From Candidatus Levyibacteriota bacterium (GTDB taxonomy: Bacteria > Patescibacteriota > Microgenomatia > Levybacterales > UBA12049), in contig CAVRKE010000002.1 of assembly GCA_963722305.1 (NCBI GenBank), positions 187,878 through 251,877 on the forward strand: a DNA stretch of 64,000 nucleotides, in the 5' to 3' direction. A model generated the notes under the pieces. That model was not told where the DNA came from. It made no database searches and saw nothing but the letters and a program-made list of their open reading frames with translations. The position numbers and the translations under genes were made by a program. Each line of letters begins with the position of its first letter. The first letter of the stretch is position 1. This document shows, piece after piece, positions 8,862 to 17,961 of the stretch.

Positions 8862-9899
8862 TCATAAAATGTGTGTCTGCCTCAAATACTGTTGATAAGG
8901 AATATAAATTTTATCTTCAATTTGTTTTGCAACCGGAATTGTTTTCTGCTGAAGTTTGGAAAGATTTTGCGTAGTTTCAAAAATGAATCCGTCGGAACCC
9001 GCACCCGAACCGTAGGAAACAAAGAATATTTTCTGCCCCGGTTTAGCCACATCTAACACTGCCGCGAGCCCCAAAAGAGACGACGCGGAATAAGGATTAC
9101 CGATTTTATCCACTGTCAGCGACGGCGCCAACTGCTCGTGCGTAAAACCCAACTTTTTGGCTGCCACTCGCGGAAACTTTCCATTTGGCATATGAAAAAC
9201 GCAGTAAGCAAAATCTTTCGGCTTTAACTGACTTTTTTGAAAAAGTTTTTCTCCTTCGGACAAAACATGGGCAAAGTAAGCCGGTTCTCCGGTAAAACGG
9301 CCAAAATGAGACGGGAATTTTGCGCCCTCGCGTCTCCAGAAATCCGGAGTATCCGAAGTAAATGAGGACATTTCTAAAACCGCAGCGATAATTTCCGGTT
9401 TCTTGTTGCCCAAAATATAAGCCGCAGCTGCACTGGCCGCCGTATATTCCAACGCATCGTGAGGTTTACCTTGAGCCGTGTCTGCTCCGATCACCAACCC
9501 ATAATTAATTTGTTTACTGTTGAGGAACCCAAGCGTCATTTGCATTCCGGCAGTAGCTGCTTTGCAAGCGAATTCTAAATCCGCCGCAAAATAATTATTG
9601 CCGACCCCCAAATATTCTCCGACAATGGTTGAGGAAGGATTAACCGCATAAGGATGGCTTTCCGATCCAAAATAGACGCTTTGTAAAGCGGTGGGTTGAA
9701 TGCCCGCCGCCTCGATAGCAGTCCTGCTTGCCTCAATTCCCATGGTTACCGCGTCCTCATCAAAACCGGCAACGGCTTTCTCGGAAATTCTTATCCCGCC
9801 TTCGATATCTGCTGTTTCCTTACCCCACATCTGGGCAATCTCCGAAAGCTTAAGTCGGTATTTTGGGACATATATTCCGTATGCTATAATTCCGCTCAT
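8862..9899 (-). CDS. Hydroxymethylglutaryl-CoA synthase (archaeal type)
   Basis: HMGCS/FabH-like fold. Catalytic Cys context LEFACKAAT; N-terminus IIAYGIYVPKYRL. Confidence 0.85.
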   Translation of the reverse strand: MSGIIAYGIYVPKYRLKLSEIAQMWGKETADIEGGIRISEKAVAGFDEDAVTMGIEASRTAIEAAGIQPTALQSVYFGSESHPYAVNPSSTIVGEYLGVGNNYFAADLEFACKAATAGMQMTLGFLNSKQINYGLVIGADTAQGKPHDALEYTAASAAAAYILGNKKPEIIAAVLEMSSFTSDTPDFWRREGAKFPSHFGRFTGEPAYFAHVLSEGEKLFQKSQLKPKDFAYCVFHMPNGKFPRVAAKKLGFTHEQLAPSLTVDKIGNPYSASSLLGLAAVLDVAKPGQKIFFVSYGSGAGSDGFIFETTQNLSKLQQKTIPVAKQIEDKIYIPYQQYLRQTHIL

Positions 9900-9900
9900 T

Positions 9901-11040
9901 TTATTTTCGGCCTCCCCTTCCTAAAAGTTGGTGCGCTCTGGCCAGTGTTCCCTCTGCCAAAGAAGACAATAACGAAAGTTCTCCGGCCAACACCGCTCCT
10001 CCCAAAATTTCAGCCAATTCTTCCGCCTTTTTGGCGCCGGTTATGGCAATCGCTTCTTTTTGCGTCGAAAGGCCTGTCCCTCCGCCAACTATTCCTAGCA
10101 TAATTGCCGGAAGATAAACTGAGAAATACATGTTCCCGCCTTTTAAAACTTTCACCGTCGTTATGCCCATGCTTCCTTCAACCGTGTGGGCTATATCTTG
10201 GCCGGTGGCCGCAAAAAAAGCCGCCACAACATTTGCGTAATGGGCATTAAATCCCAGGGAACCACTCATCGCGGAGCCAATCATACATTTTGCCAGCCAG
10301 ACCTCGAAAATTTCTGCCGCGGTAGTTTTCAACGTGTCACTGATAACATTTTTTGAAACGATTACTTCCGCCCAAACTTTAAACCCCCGATTGTTAATAA
10401 AATTGATCCAGGCAGGTTTCTTATCGATATCGTAGTTTCCGGCAACCGAAACGCATTCCACTCCGACCTCTTTTTCCAGCAAATCCGCAATCGCCTGAGT
10501 TGCAATCGTCACCATATTCATGCCCATGGCATCCTGGGTATCAAAATAAAAACGCACAAATGCATACGGGCCTTCTGTTTTCACTTTTGCTTTTTTGAAT
10601 TTAAGATGGTTTGAAGTTTGCTCTGCTGTTTTGGCAATTTCTTCCCGATTAGAGTTTACCCAGTCAAACAGTTCTAAACTTTTTTTGATTGAACCGGTAT
10701 AAAAGACCGGCCCGCGGGTAGCACCGACGCGATGACAATGAACGCTTGCCCCTCCGCTTTCGCTAATCGCTTTTGCGCCACGGTTAACCGAAGCAACCAA
10801 GGCTCCCTCGGTTGTCGCCAAAGGGATATAAAAATTACCATGAGCTAAACTGCCCGAAATTTTTAAGGGTCCGGCCACACCTAAAGGAATTTGGGCAACA
10901 CCTATCATATTTTCGCAGTTTCGGGAAGAAGCAGTCGTTTCATCTAAGGAAAACGTGCCGATATTCAAAAGTTTAAGCTTAAGAACAGCTTCTACTGCCT
11001 CTCGTCTTTGGGCAACTGTTTTTTGAGCTCTTAGATTCAT
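9901..11040 (-). CDS. hmgA: HMG-CoA reductase (class I)
   Basis: HMGR motifs ENMIG, DAMGMNMV and GTVGG-like IVGGGTG. Confidence 0.9.
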   Translation of the reverse strand: MNLRAQKTVAQRREAVEAVLKLKLLNIGTFSLDETTASSRNCENMIGVAQIPLGVAGPLKISGSLAHGNFYIPLATTEGALVASVNRGAKAISESGGASVHCHRVGATRGPVFYTGSIKKSLELFDWVNSNREEIAKTAEQTSNHLKFKKAKVKTEGPYAFVRFYFDTQDAMGMNMVTIATQAIADLLEKEVGVECVSVAGNYDIDKKPAWINFINNRGFKVWAEVIVSKNVISDTLKTTAAEIFEVWLAKCMIGSAMSGSLGFNAHYANVVAAFFAATGQDIAHTVEGSMGITTVKVLKGGNMYFSVYLPAIMLGIVGGGTGLSTQKEAIAITGAKKAEELAEILGGAVLAGELSLLSSLAEGTLARAHQLLGRGGRK

Positions 11041-11108
11041 ACAGAAAAAACCACCCCCGAAAGGGCTTTAATATTTAGTCGCATAAATTAGGAAAATCAT
11101 TCGAAAAA

Positions 11109-11117
11109 TGCTATAAT
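11109..11117 (+). promoter_or_regulatory. Extended -10 promoter (TGcTATAAT) 6 nt upstream of the sigma-factor ATG; implies a leaderless mRNA
   Basis: TATAAT at 11112-11117 and ATG at 11124. No Shine-Dalgarno sequence is possible in the 6-nt gap. Confidence 0.4.
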
Positions 11118-11657
11118 TTGAGCATGAAGTCGCTGGTTGAGCGAATTATTTCCGGTGATTCGCAATCGATAGTTGAATTTTACAAACTCTATTCCCCACG
11201 AATTCTGAGGTTTCTTCTCAAAAAATTGCCCAGCGTTGAAGACGCCCAAGAGATTCTCAATGACGTGTTTTTAGACGCCATCGACTCACTGCCAATGCTT
11301 AAGAAAGATGAAAATCTGCAGGCTTGGATTTATAAAATTGCCCGTTATAAAACCGTTGATTATTACCGAAAAAGAAAGATTAAATCGATCCTTCTTTCAC
11401 AGATCCCGTACTTGGAAATTGTCGACACTGAAGTTCACCAGCCGGAATTTATTTATGAGAAAGATAAGATTAGGGACAAAATAGAAATAACCTTTAGAAG
11501 TTTACCGAAGCTTTACAGAAAAATTTTGAAACTTCATTATGAAGACAGATTTTCGGTTAAGCAAATCGCCGTCATCCTCAAACTTTCTTTTAAAGCTACC
11601 GAATCGCTGCTTTTTCGGGCCCGCCAGAGCTTTAAATTAGCATACGAGAGAGCCTAA
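11118..11657 (+). CDS. ECF-family RNA polymerase sigma factor (sigma-70 regions 2 and 4)
   Basis: Region 2 (YRKRK) and region 4 helix-turn-helix. The ORF table starts at a TTG at 11118; the ATG at 11124 is more likely. Confidence 0.8.
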   Translation: MSMKSLVERIISGDSQSIVEFYKLYSPRILRFLLKKLPSVEDAQEILNDVFLDAIDSLPMLKKDENLQAWIYKIARYKTVDYYRKRKIKSILLSQIPYLEIVDTEVHQPEFIYEKDKIRDKIEITFRSLPKLYRKILKLHYEDRFSVKQIAVILKLSFKATESLLFRARQSFKLAYERA

Positions 11658-11725
11658 GCCCGATCGAAGTGAGGTACTGAACGGAGTGAAACAGATGAAA
11701 GCAAAGTGTAAACAGAGCATAATGC

Positions 11726-11762
11726 ATATTGAGCGCAGCGAAATGCTGAGCGGAGTCGAAGC
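11726..11762 (+). repeat. Copy B of the ~38-nt upstream element, abutting the start of ORF 11763
   Basis: attgagcgcagcgaaatgctgagcggagtcgaagc, then ATG. Confidence 0.8.
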
Positions 11763-11990
11763 ATGAACGAGCATGAATTTATTAAAAAACTGCAGGAGCG
11801 CGCCAAAGAGCAAGAAAAGCTAATTCGCGACATGCCCATGCACCAGGTTTTCTACTCAATCAGTTTCTGGTTTGGCAATCACCCCTGGCGGATTCTAGTT
11901 CCTTTAGCGATTATCTTGACCCTTATCTTTAGATTGTCTTTTGGCAAACCTTACGATGACTTTATCTTAAAAATTTTCGGGAAAATATGA
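11763..11990 (+). CDS. Small membrane protein, possibly the anti-sigma partner
   Basis: 75 aa with one transmembrane helix, directly downstream of the ECF sigma gene. The start is preceded by the repeated CTGAGC...GTCGAA element. Confidence 0.45.
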   Translation: MNEHEFIKKLQERAKEQEKLIRDMPMHQVFYSISFWFGNHPWRILVPLAIILTLIFRLSFGKPYDDFILKIFGKI

Positions 11991-12032
11991 CCTTGAGCTT
12001 TTGCGAAAGGCCATACTGAGCTTGTCGAATGT

Positions 12033-12350
12033 ATGAAAAAAAACGTTTTTCTGATTTTCGTTGCCTATATCTGGACCAAAACCCTGCTTGGCCTGACTTT
12101 TCATCCTTTTTCGACCATCCGTGAAGTCACCAGACGCCCGGTGCTTTTACCGGTAATTTTTTCTCCGATTATCGGCCTTCTGACCCTTTTTGTTTTAGGC
12201 CGGATTGCCGCATTGTTAATTACCGTCTATGGCTCAAGCCGGGAATTAATTGCCATGCTTCTTAGTACTGCCCTTATTTCAATTGTTTTCTGGCAGCTTC
12301 TCCTCGTCTACCTTTTGGCCAGCTTTTTAGTAGCTTTTTGGAGGAAATAA
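12033..12350 (+). CDS. Hypothetical polytopic membrane protein
   Basis: 105 aa, about three hydrophobic helices. The start is preceded by the repeated element. Confidence 0.5.
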   Translation: MKKNVFLIFVAYIWTKTLLGLTFHPFSTIREVTRRPVLLPVIFSPIIGLLTLFVLGRIAALLITVYGSSRELIAMLLSTALISIVFWQLLLVYLLASFLVAFWRK

Positions 12351-12910
12351 CTATGCAAGACGATAAACAGGTGGTTTTGATAAACGACAAAAATGAAGTG
12401 ATCGGTACAACTTCAAAATTAGGAGTTCACAACGCCGCAACCCCCCTGCATCGCGGTTTTTCTTTATTTTTGTTTGATCTTGACGGGAATTTACTTTTAC
12501 AACAAAGGAGTAAACACAAAAGAACTTTCCCACTGGTTTGGGCCAACAGTTGTTGCGGTCATCCGATGCTTAATGAATCGAATATTGACGCGGCCAAGAG
12601 GCATTTAAAACTTGAGCTTGACATTGATGAGGTTAAGATTTTTGAAGTAATTTCCGATTATCGGTATAAAACGGAAATGAACGGAATTTTTGAGAATGAA
12701 ATCTGCCCGGTGTTAATTGGTTTTACTGGTGAATTGCCATTTGCAAATAGCGATGAAGTTGAAGATATAAAATGGATTCCCTGGAATGAATTTCTAGAAG
12801 AAGTAAAAAGCGGGAAAAGTGAATATTCTTTATGGGCGAAAGAAGAAGCTCTAATTCTTGAAAAGAATGAGAAATTTCAAAAGCTTTTTGAGGAAAATGT
12901 AAAACTTTAG
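12338..12910 (+). CDS. idi: Isopentenyl-diphosphate delta-isomerase type 1 (Nudix)
   Basis: NSCCGHP and ENE motifs of type 1 IDI; 190 aa. Confidence 0.85.
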   Translation: MEEITMQDDKQVVLINDKNEVIGTTSKLGVHNAATPLHRGFSLFLFDLDGNLLLQQRSKHKRTFPLVWANSCCGHPMLNESNIDAAKRHLKLELDIDEVKIFEVISDYRYKTEMNGIFENEICPVLIGFTGELPFANSDEVEDIKWIPWNEFLEEVKSGKSEYSLWAKEEALILEKNEKFQKLFEENVKL

Positions 12911-14826
12911 CGGATTTTTATAATTCCTTTATCCGCATCTACTTCAACCAAATCTCCATCTTTTAAAATTTTACTGGCAGTTCCTGTCCCAACAATGCAA
13001 GGAATACCAAACTCCCTACTAACAATAGCTGCGTGGGACATCAAACCTCCCATATCAGTTACAATTGCACCGGCCTTTTTTACTGCTGCCATAAGCTCCG
13101 GAGCAGTTGTTTCCGCAACCAGAATTTCGCCTTTCTGCATTTTTTTAATCTCCTCATTAATTCTCTTAAGGTCGCTATAGTTGACCGTAATAATTTTTAC
13201 CTTTCCGATTACCCTGCCCTTACTTGCTGTTTGCCCTTTTATAAGTTTTGAGTATTTAATCTCTTCTCTAAACTCCTGCAGGATTGGTTCTGCATCTTTT
13301 CCTACATAACAATTATCTAAATTATAGCTTTCTACAAATGCCTGTTGCCTTTTTAAAACAATTTTCTCATCAGGATTTTTGCCTTCAAATAGTCTTAAAA
13401 TTTCTTTTTGTGTTAAATTTTCAAAAACTGAAACAGGTAACTTAAATTGCCTTGAGAGAATTCCAAACAATTGATAGCTATAGCCTTCCGGTTCAAACAA
13501 AACCATATTCATATAGTTTCTAATCTTCTCTTTAAATTTAGGCATTTCGGAAAGATTTTTCTTGATAGTTGGATTTTCTTCTTGAAGAGTAAAAGCTTTA
13601 TCCGTGGACTCAAAATTCATCATCGTGTAATCTCCGCAGAGTTTTTTAGTGTATTCAAAAAACTTGATAACTACATCTTCGGATAGTGATTCCTTATTTT
13701 TAATATCTCCTTCAAAAAATCCGGTGAAGGTTTTACAAAATTCTGTGAAATCTTTTTTGTAATTATAAAATGTATTTTTTCCACTATAGAATTTAACGCC
13801 ATCGTTTAAGGCTTTTTCATAAGCTTTTTTAGAAAAATATTGTTTGAACATGCCATTATCGATAATAAAAAGTGCCTCAAGTTTTTTATAAAGGTCGTTA
13901 TGTATATCTGTTACAAACACACTTACTCCTTGGAACCAAAGAGCAAAAATGTAATCTTCTTGTTTAAACGATTTGACAACATTATTGTTTTTAATCGTAG
14001 TAATTGGCCTGGATTGAACTATATAAAATTTTCCTTTTTCAAAGGCCCATTCGATGTCTTGAGGGACTGAATAGTGCTGTTCTATTACTAAACCCATACG
14101 GGCAAGTTCAATTAGCTGTTTTTCGCTTAATGCTGCTTTATTTTTCTTCTCTTCAGGAACTGGAACCTGAATATTTTCTCCATTCTTATACACAAGCATC
14201 GTTCCTTGTGTTTCTATTTGTGATTTAAGTATCTGAAAAGTTTTTTTATCTAACAAAAAATTATCAGGAGTTATAATTCCTTGCACAAGTAATTCTCCAA
14301 GTCCATAACCTGCCTCAATCATGATTTGATTCTTGTTGTTAGTAATTGGATTCGCGGTGAACATAATTCCGGAAACCTCACTATCTATCATCTTTTGAAT
14401 GACAACTCCTATTGTTAAATCATTCTTATCGATGTTTTTTTCTGAAGCATACGCTAATGCACGTTCAGAATAAGTTGACTCCCAGCATCTCCTTATAGTT
14501 TCAATAAGATTTTCTTTAGAAGTATTTAAATATGTTTCTAGTTGTCCTGCCCAAGAAGCTCCTTTTGAATCTTCTCCGATTGCGGATGAACGAACTGCCA
14601 CTCTCTCGCTTCCTAAATCGTCAAATGCTTTAAGAATTAACTCTTTAACCTCGGCTGGAAACCCTTGGTTTTTAAACTTTTTGTAGCAATTAGTGGTTAT
14701 TACAAACCCTGGAGGAATTGGTAGGCCGGTGCTAATTAGTTCACCTAAAGATGCCGCTTTCCCTCCAACAAGATAAAGATATCTATTGTTAACATCTGAA
14801 AGATTTAGAATGTAAGGTTCGTTCAC
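12907..14826 (-). CDS. PEP-utilising-enzyme family protein: PpsA-like ATP-grasp N-domain plus phosphohistidine 'mobile' domain, lacking the C-terminal PEP/pyruvate barrel
   Basis: N-terminus YLVGGKAASLGEL (ATP-grasp of PEP synthase / rifampin-phosphotransferase type). C-terminal MGGLMSHAAIVSREFGIPCIVG phosphohistidine motif. Only 639 aa. Confidence 0.75.
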   Translation of the reverse strand: MNEPYILNLSDVNNRYLYLVGGKAASLGELISTGLPIPPGFVITTNCYKKFKNQGFPAEVKELILKAFDDLGSERVAVRSSAIGEDSKGASWAGQLETYLNTSKENLIETIRRCWESTYSERALAYASEKNIDKNDLTIGVVIQKMIDSEVSGIMFTANPITNNKNQIMIEAGYGLGELLVQGIITPDNFLLDKKTFQILKSQIETQGTMLVYKNGENIQVPVPEEKKNKAALSEKQLIELARMGLVIEQHYSVPQDIEWAFEKGKFYIVQSRPITTIKNNNVVKSFKQEDYIFALWFQGVSVFVTDIHNDLYKKLEALFIIDNGMFKQYFSKKAYEKALNDGVKFYSGKNTFYNYKKDFTEFCKTFTGFFEGDIKNKESLSEDVVIKFFEYTKKLCGDYTMMNFESTDKAFTLQEENPTIKKNLSEMPKFKEKIRNYMNMVLFEPEGYSYQLFGILSRQFKLPVSVFENLTQKEILRLFEGKNPDEKIVLKRQQAFVESYNLDNCYVGKDAEPILQEFREEIKYSKLIKGQTASKGRVIGKVKIITVNYSDLKRINEEIKKMQKGEILVAETTAPELMAAVKKAGAIVTDMGGLMSHAAIVSREFGIPCIVGTGTASKILKDGDLVEVDADKGIIKIR

Positions 14827-14874
14827 TAACTGTGATTATAGCAAAACTCTATAGTACAAAGGAGTGTCTGAGGA

Positions 14875-15306
14875 TTACCTCTTTGGACTTTGCTTTTTTC
14901 TTCTGGCTTTTCCGCCCATGCCGACTTTTCTTCTTTCCCTGACTCTGGCATCTCTGGTTAAGAAACCTTTTTTCTTTAAAATCTGTTTATTCTTTTCATC
15001 CAGACTCGATAAACTTCTGGCAACGGCATGAATAAACGCTTCCATTTGGCCATTGGGTCCGCCGCCGGCAACTTTAACCGTTAAAGTATATTTGCCCAAA
15101 GTATTGGTAATCCGAAACGGTTCTTCATATGTTGCTTTGGAAACTGTGCCCCCAAAATAATTCTCAATCCTTTTGCCGTTAACAAAAATGTCACCCTTTT
15201 TAACTTCTTCTCCGCTGACTTCCGGTAGGCTGTTTGTATAAAGCCTCAGTCTCGCAACCGCTTCTTTTCTTTTTCCCGATGAAGATTTATAATTCTTATC
15301 TGCCAT
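14875..15306 (-). CDS. rpsI: 30S ribosomal protein S9
   Basis: C-terminus ...RRKVGMGGKARRKKQSPKR. Confidence 0.9.
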   Translation of the reverse strand: MADKNYKSSSGKRKEAVARLRLYTNSLPEVSGEEVKKGDIFVNGKRIENYFGGTVSKATYEEPFRITNTLGKYTLTVKVAGGGPNGQMEAFIHAVARSLSSLDEKNKQILKKKGFLTRDARVRERRKVGMGGKARRKKQSPKR

Positions 15307-15315
15307 ATTCCCAAA

Positions 15316-15343
15316 AATTTCTAATTTCTAATTTCTAATTTCT
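15316..15343. repeat. 7-bp tandem repeat (AATTTCT)x4 in the rplM-rpsI intergenic spacer
   Basis: Four perfect copies counted directly. Confidence 0.9.
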
Positions 15344-15377
15344 AAAACATTTAGGTCGATTAGCATAATTAGGTTAA

Positions 15378-15812
15378 TTAGGAATTAGCTCCCCCTTTCA
15401 TAAACTTGTCTTTATAATTATGCTCTTCTCCCGCAAAAACATAAAGCCTTTTAAGCATTGAGGCCTTCAGTTTATTTTGCGGAACCATTCCCGCTACGGC
15501 GTGCTTAATAATTTCTGCGGGGGCTCTTTGCCTTAGGTCCTTAAGAGTCTCGGCCTTAAATCCGCCGGGATAACCGGAATAGCGGAAATATTTTTTTAAA
15601 TCTTCCTTTTTGCCTGTGGTTCTGACTGTTTTTGCATTTATGACCACCACATAATCTCCGCAATCAAGATTTCTGACAAAATTAGATTTTGACTTCCCCA
15701 TTAAAAGCAGAGCTACTTTGGTAGCCAATCTTCCCAATATCTTATCCTTAGCATCAACTAAGTGCCATTCTCTTTTTATTTCGCCCAATTTTGTTGCTTT
15801 AGTCTGTTTCAT
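15378..15812 (-). CDS. rplM: 50S ribosomal protein L13
   Basis: L13 signature; 144 aa. Confidence 0.9.
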   Translation of the reverse strand: MKQTKATKLGEIKREWHLVDAKDKILGRLATKVALLLMGKSKSNFVRNLDCGDYVVVINAKTVRTTGKKEDLKKYFRYSGYPGGFKAETLKDLRQRAPAEIIKHAVAGMVPQNKLKASMLKRLYVFAGEEHNYKDKFMKGGANS

Positions 15813-15848
15813 AATTACTCTGCTGAGCTGGACCCCGCTCCGCTCGAT

Positions 15849-16349
15849 TTACCTTTTTTTTGACTTTGTCTCAACTTTTCTAGCAGTTTTTTTGGCCGCT
15901 TTTTGTTCCTTCTTGCTTTCTGTTTTCTTCACTGATTTCCTTCCCTCCTCATTTTGAATTTTGTCCTGAGCTTGTCGAACGGATGAATTCTCAATTTGTG
16001 TTTCCGTCCACTCAATTAACACCAACGGAGAATTATCTCCAAATCTTTCTCCGATTTTAATAATTCTGGTATATCCACCGACTCTTTTGGCAAATCTTGG
16101 TCCGATTTGGTTAACTAATTTATCGAAAGCTGCTTTACTTAAACTTTTTTCAATTACCAGCTTAGCGGCATTGCCGCCCTTCTTGGCTTTGGTGACTAAC
16201 CTCTCTATTTCCGGCCTAATCGCTTTGGCTTTCGCCTCGGAGGTTTGAATTCTTTCGTTTAAAACCAATGCCGACATCAGGCTTTTAAAAAGAGCCTTTC
16301 TTTCGTTTTTATCCCTCTTCAATTTTCTGCCAAAAACGTTTTTCTTCAT
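15849..16349 (-). CDS. rplQ: 50S ribosomal protein L17 with a ~45-aa lysine-rich C-terminal extension
   Basis: L17 core ends near ...LVLIEW, followed by a K/E-rich tail. The tail overlaps one copy of the repeated element. Confidence 0.85.
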   Translation of the reverse strand: MKKNVFGRKLKRDKNERKALFKSLMSALVLNERIQTSEAKAKAIRPEIERLVTKAKKGGNAAKLVIEKSLSKAAFDKLVNQIGPRFAKRVGGYTRIIKIGERFGDNSPLVLIEWTETQIENSSVRQAQDKIQNEEGRKSVKKTESKKEQKAAKKTARKVETKSKKR

Positions 16350-16356
16350 ACTAAAA

Positions 16357-16415
16357 AATCTTAAATCTCAAAACCACTTTCAGCGTCTTCAACTTTGAGA
16401 TCTAAGATTTGAGAT
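16357..16415. repeat. Imperfect inverted repeat / hairpin between the rpoA stop and the rplQ start
   Basis: aaatcttaaatctcaaa pairs with tttgagatctaagattt across a ~25-nt loop. Confidence 0.5.
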
Positions 16416-17338
16416 TAACTTTGTAAACTAATTCCTTTTTCTTTTAATTTTTCTTCAATGACACCGATTGATTTACCACCCATGTTTCTCATGCCAATCA
16501 GGTCTTTTCGGGAAGTTTCCAAAAGCTGTCCGATTGTTTCTATTCCGCCATTTCTCAGGCTATTATAAATTCTCGTCGGAAGATCCAACTCGTCAATGGT
16601 CATTCTGCTGACTATATCCGAAACTCCGGTATGAGCTGCTCCTGTTTCGGAAACGACCGGCGCTTTTGGCTCAAATACCTGGGTAAAATAAGCGGACAAA
16701 ATTTTGGCCGCTTCTTCCAAGGCTTCTTTTGGCTTAACTACTCCGTTAGTCCAGATTTGCAGTGTTAGTTTATCAAGATTAGTTTGTCTACCAACACGGG
16801 TTGCGGAAACCTCATAATTTACTCTTCTTATCGGTGTAAAAACGGCATCTGTTGGGATAACTCCCAAAGTAGCGATTTTTCTTTCGTCTGCCAAAGAATA
16901 GCCCATCCCTTTTTCCACCGTTAACTCAACATCCAGCTTAGCCTTTTTATCACTGAGGAACCCAAGATAGTGGTCCTTATTGATAACTTCGACGTCCTCC
17001 GGAAGCTCCAAATCTTTAGCGGTAATTTCCTTTGGCCCTTTTACCGAAAGTTTTACCGTGGACTGATCTTTTGAATCTAAAAGCCTTAGATTAAGCCCTT
17101 TAATATTCAGTAAAAAGTCAACCAAATTTTCTTTAAGTCCCGGAATTGTCGAAAATTTGTGTTTTGCGCCCGCAATTTTAACAGAAGTGACCGAAGCTCC
17201 GGGGATAGACACTAAGAGAACTCTTCTTAGGGCGTTGCCTAAAGTGTGCCCATATCCTGGTTCTAATGGTTCAATAATAAATTCGCCGTATTCGTCTGTG
17301 ACCTTTTCTTCTTTAATTTTAAATATTGGCTCAACCAT
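16415..17338 (-). CDS. rpoA: DNA-directed RNA polymerase subunit alpha
   Basis: N-terminal domain plus C-terminal domain; 307 aa. Confidence 0.9.
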   Translation of the reverse strand: MVEPIFKIKEEKVTDEYGEFIIEPLEPGYGHTLGNALRRVLLVSIPGASVTSVKIAGAKHKFSTIPGLKENLVDFLLNIKGLNLRLLDSKDQSTVKLSVKGPKEITAKDLELPEDVEVINKDHYLGFLSDKKAKLDVELTVEKGMGYSLADERKIATLGVIPTDAVFTPIRRVNYEVSATRVGRQTNLDKLTLQIWTNGVVKPKEALEEAAKILSAYFTQVFEPKAPVVSETGAAHTGVSDIVSRMTIDELDLPTRIYNSLRNGGIETIGQLLETSRKDLIGMRNMGGKSIGVIEEKLKEKGISLQS

Positions 17339-17455
17339 AGTTTAATATTTTACCATTATCTGGAATAATATTCAATGATTAATTGCAGATCGAACGGAAC
17401 CTGTACATCTTCCATTTTGGGCGTTCTTTCAAGCTTTCCGATAAACCCCTGCCTT

Positions 17456-17959
17456 TTAAGAAACGGCAAGATTACAGCTCTCTTCCTTGGCCATCTCCAA
17501 AACTACCGGATTATTTTGCATCTTGTCGGAGATTGAAATTACGTCATTAACTTTTACCTGATAAGACGGAATATTCAGTTTTTTGCCATTTACCAAAACG
17601 TGGCCATGTGAAACGATTTGTCTGGCCATATATCTGGTTTTGGCAAACCCGAGGCGGTAGACGACGTTATCTAACCGCGTTTCCAAAAGAGAAACAATTA
17701 ATTCTTTGGTGTCCCCCTTTTCTTTTTGGACTGTATGGACAATTTTTTTGAATTGTTTTTCCAAAAGTCCATAAGTTGTTTTGGCTTTTTGTTTTTCTCG
17801 AAGCTGCAAGCCGTATTCGGATAATCTTCTCTTTCTTTTTTTACCGTGCATTCCGGGCGGAACACTCAACCTTCGGAGCAAACTTTGTGAAGTCTTATCC
17901 AAAAGGTTGACGCCTTCTTTTCTGACTAATCTATGTTTTGGTCCTGTATAGCGTGCCAT
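17456..17959 (-). CDS. rpsD: 30S ribosomal protein S4
   Basis: MARYTGPK N-terminus and S4 domain. Confidence 0.9.
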   Translation of the reverse strand: MARYTGPKHRLVRKEGVNLLDKTSQSLLRRLSVPPGMHGKKRKRRLSEYGLQLREKQKAKTTYGLLEKQFKKIVHTVQKEKGDTKELIVSLLETRLDNVVYRLGFAKTRYMARQIVSHGHVLVNGKKLNIPSYQVKVNDVISISDKMQNNPVVLEMAKEESCNLAVS

Positions 17960-17961
17960 AA

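Noticed and set aside
11654-11839. 61-aa minus-strand ORF spanning the sigma-factor / ORF 11763 spacer
   Set aside because: It overlaps the repeated upstream element and the start of a plus-strand gene. The product is C/S/R-rich low complexity.
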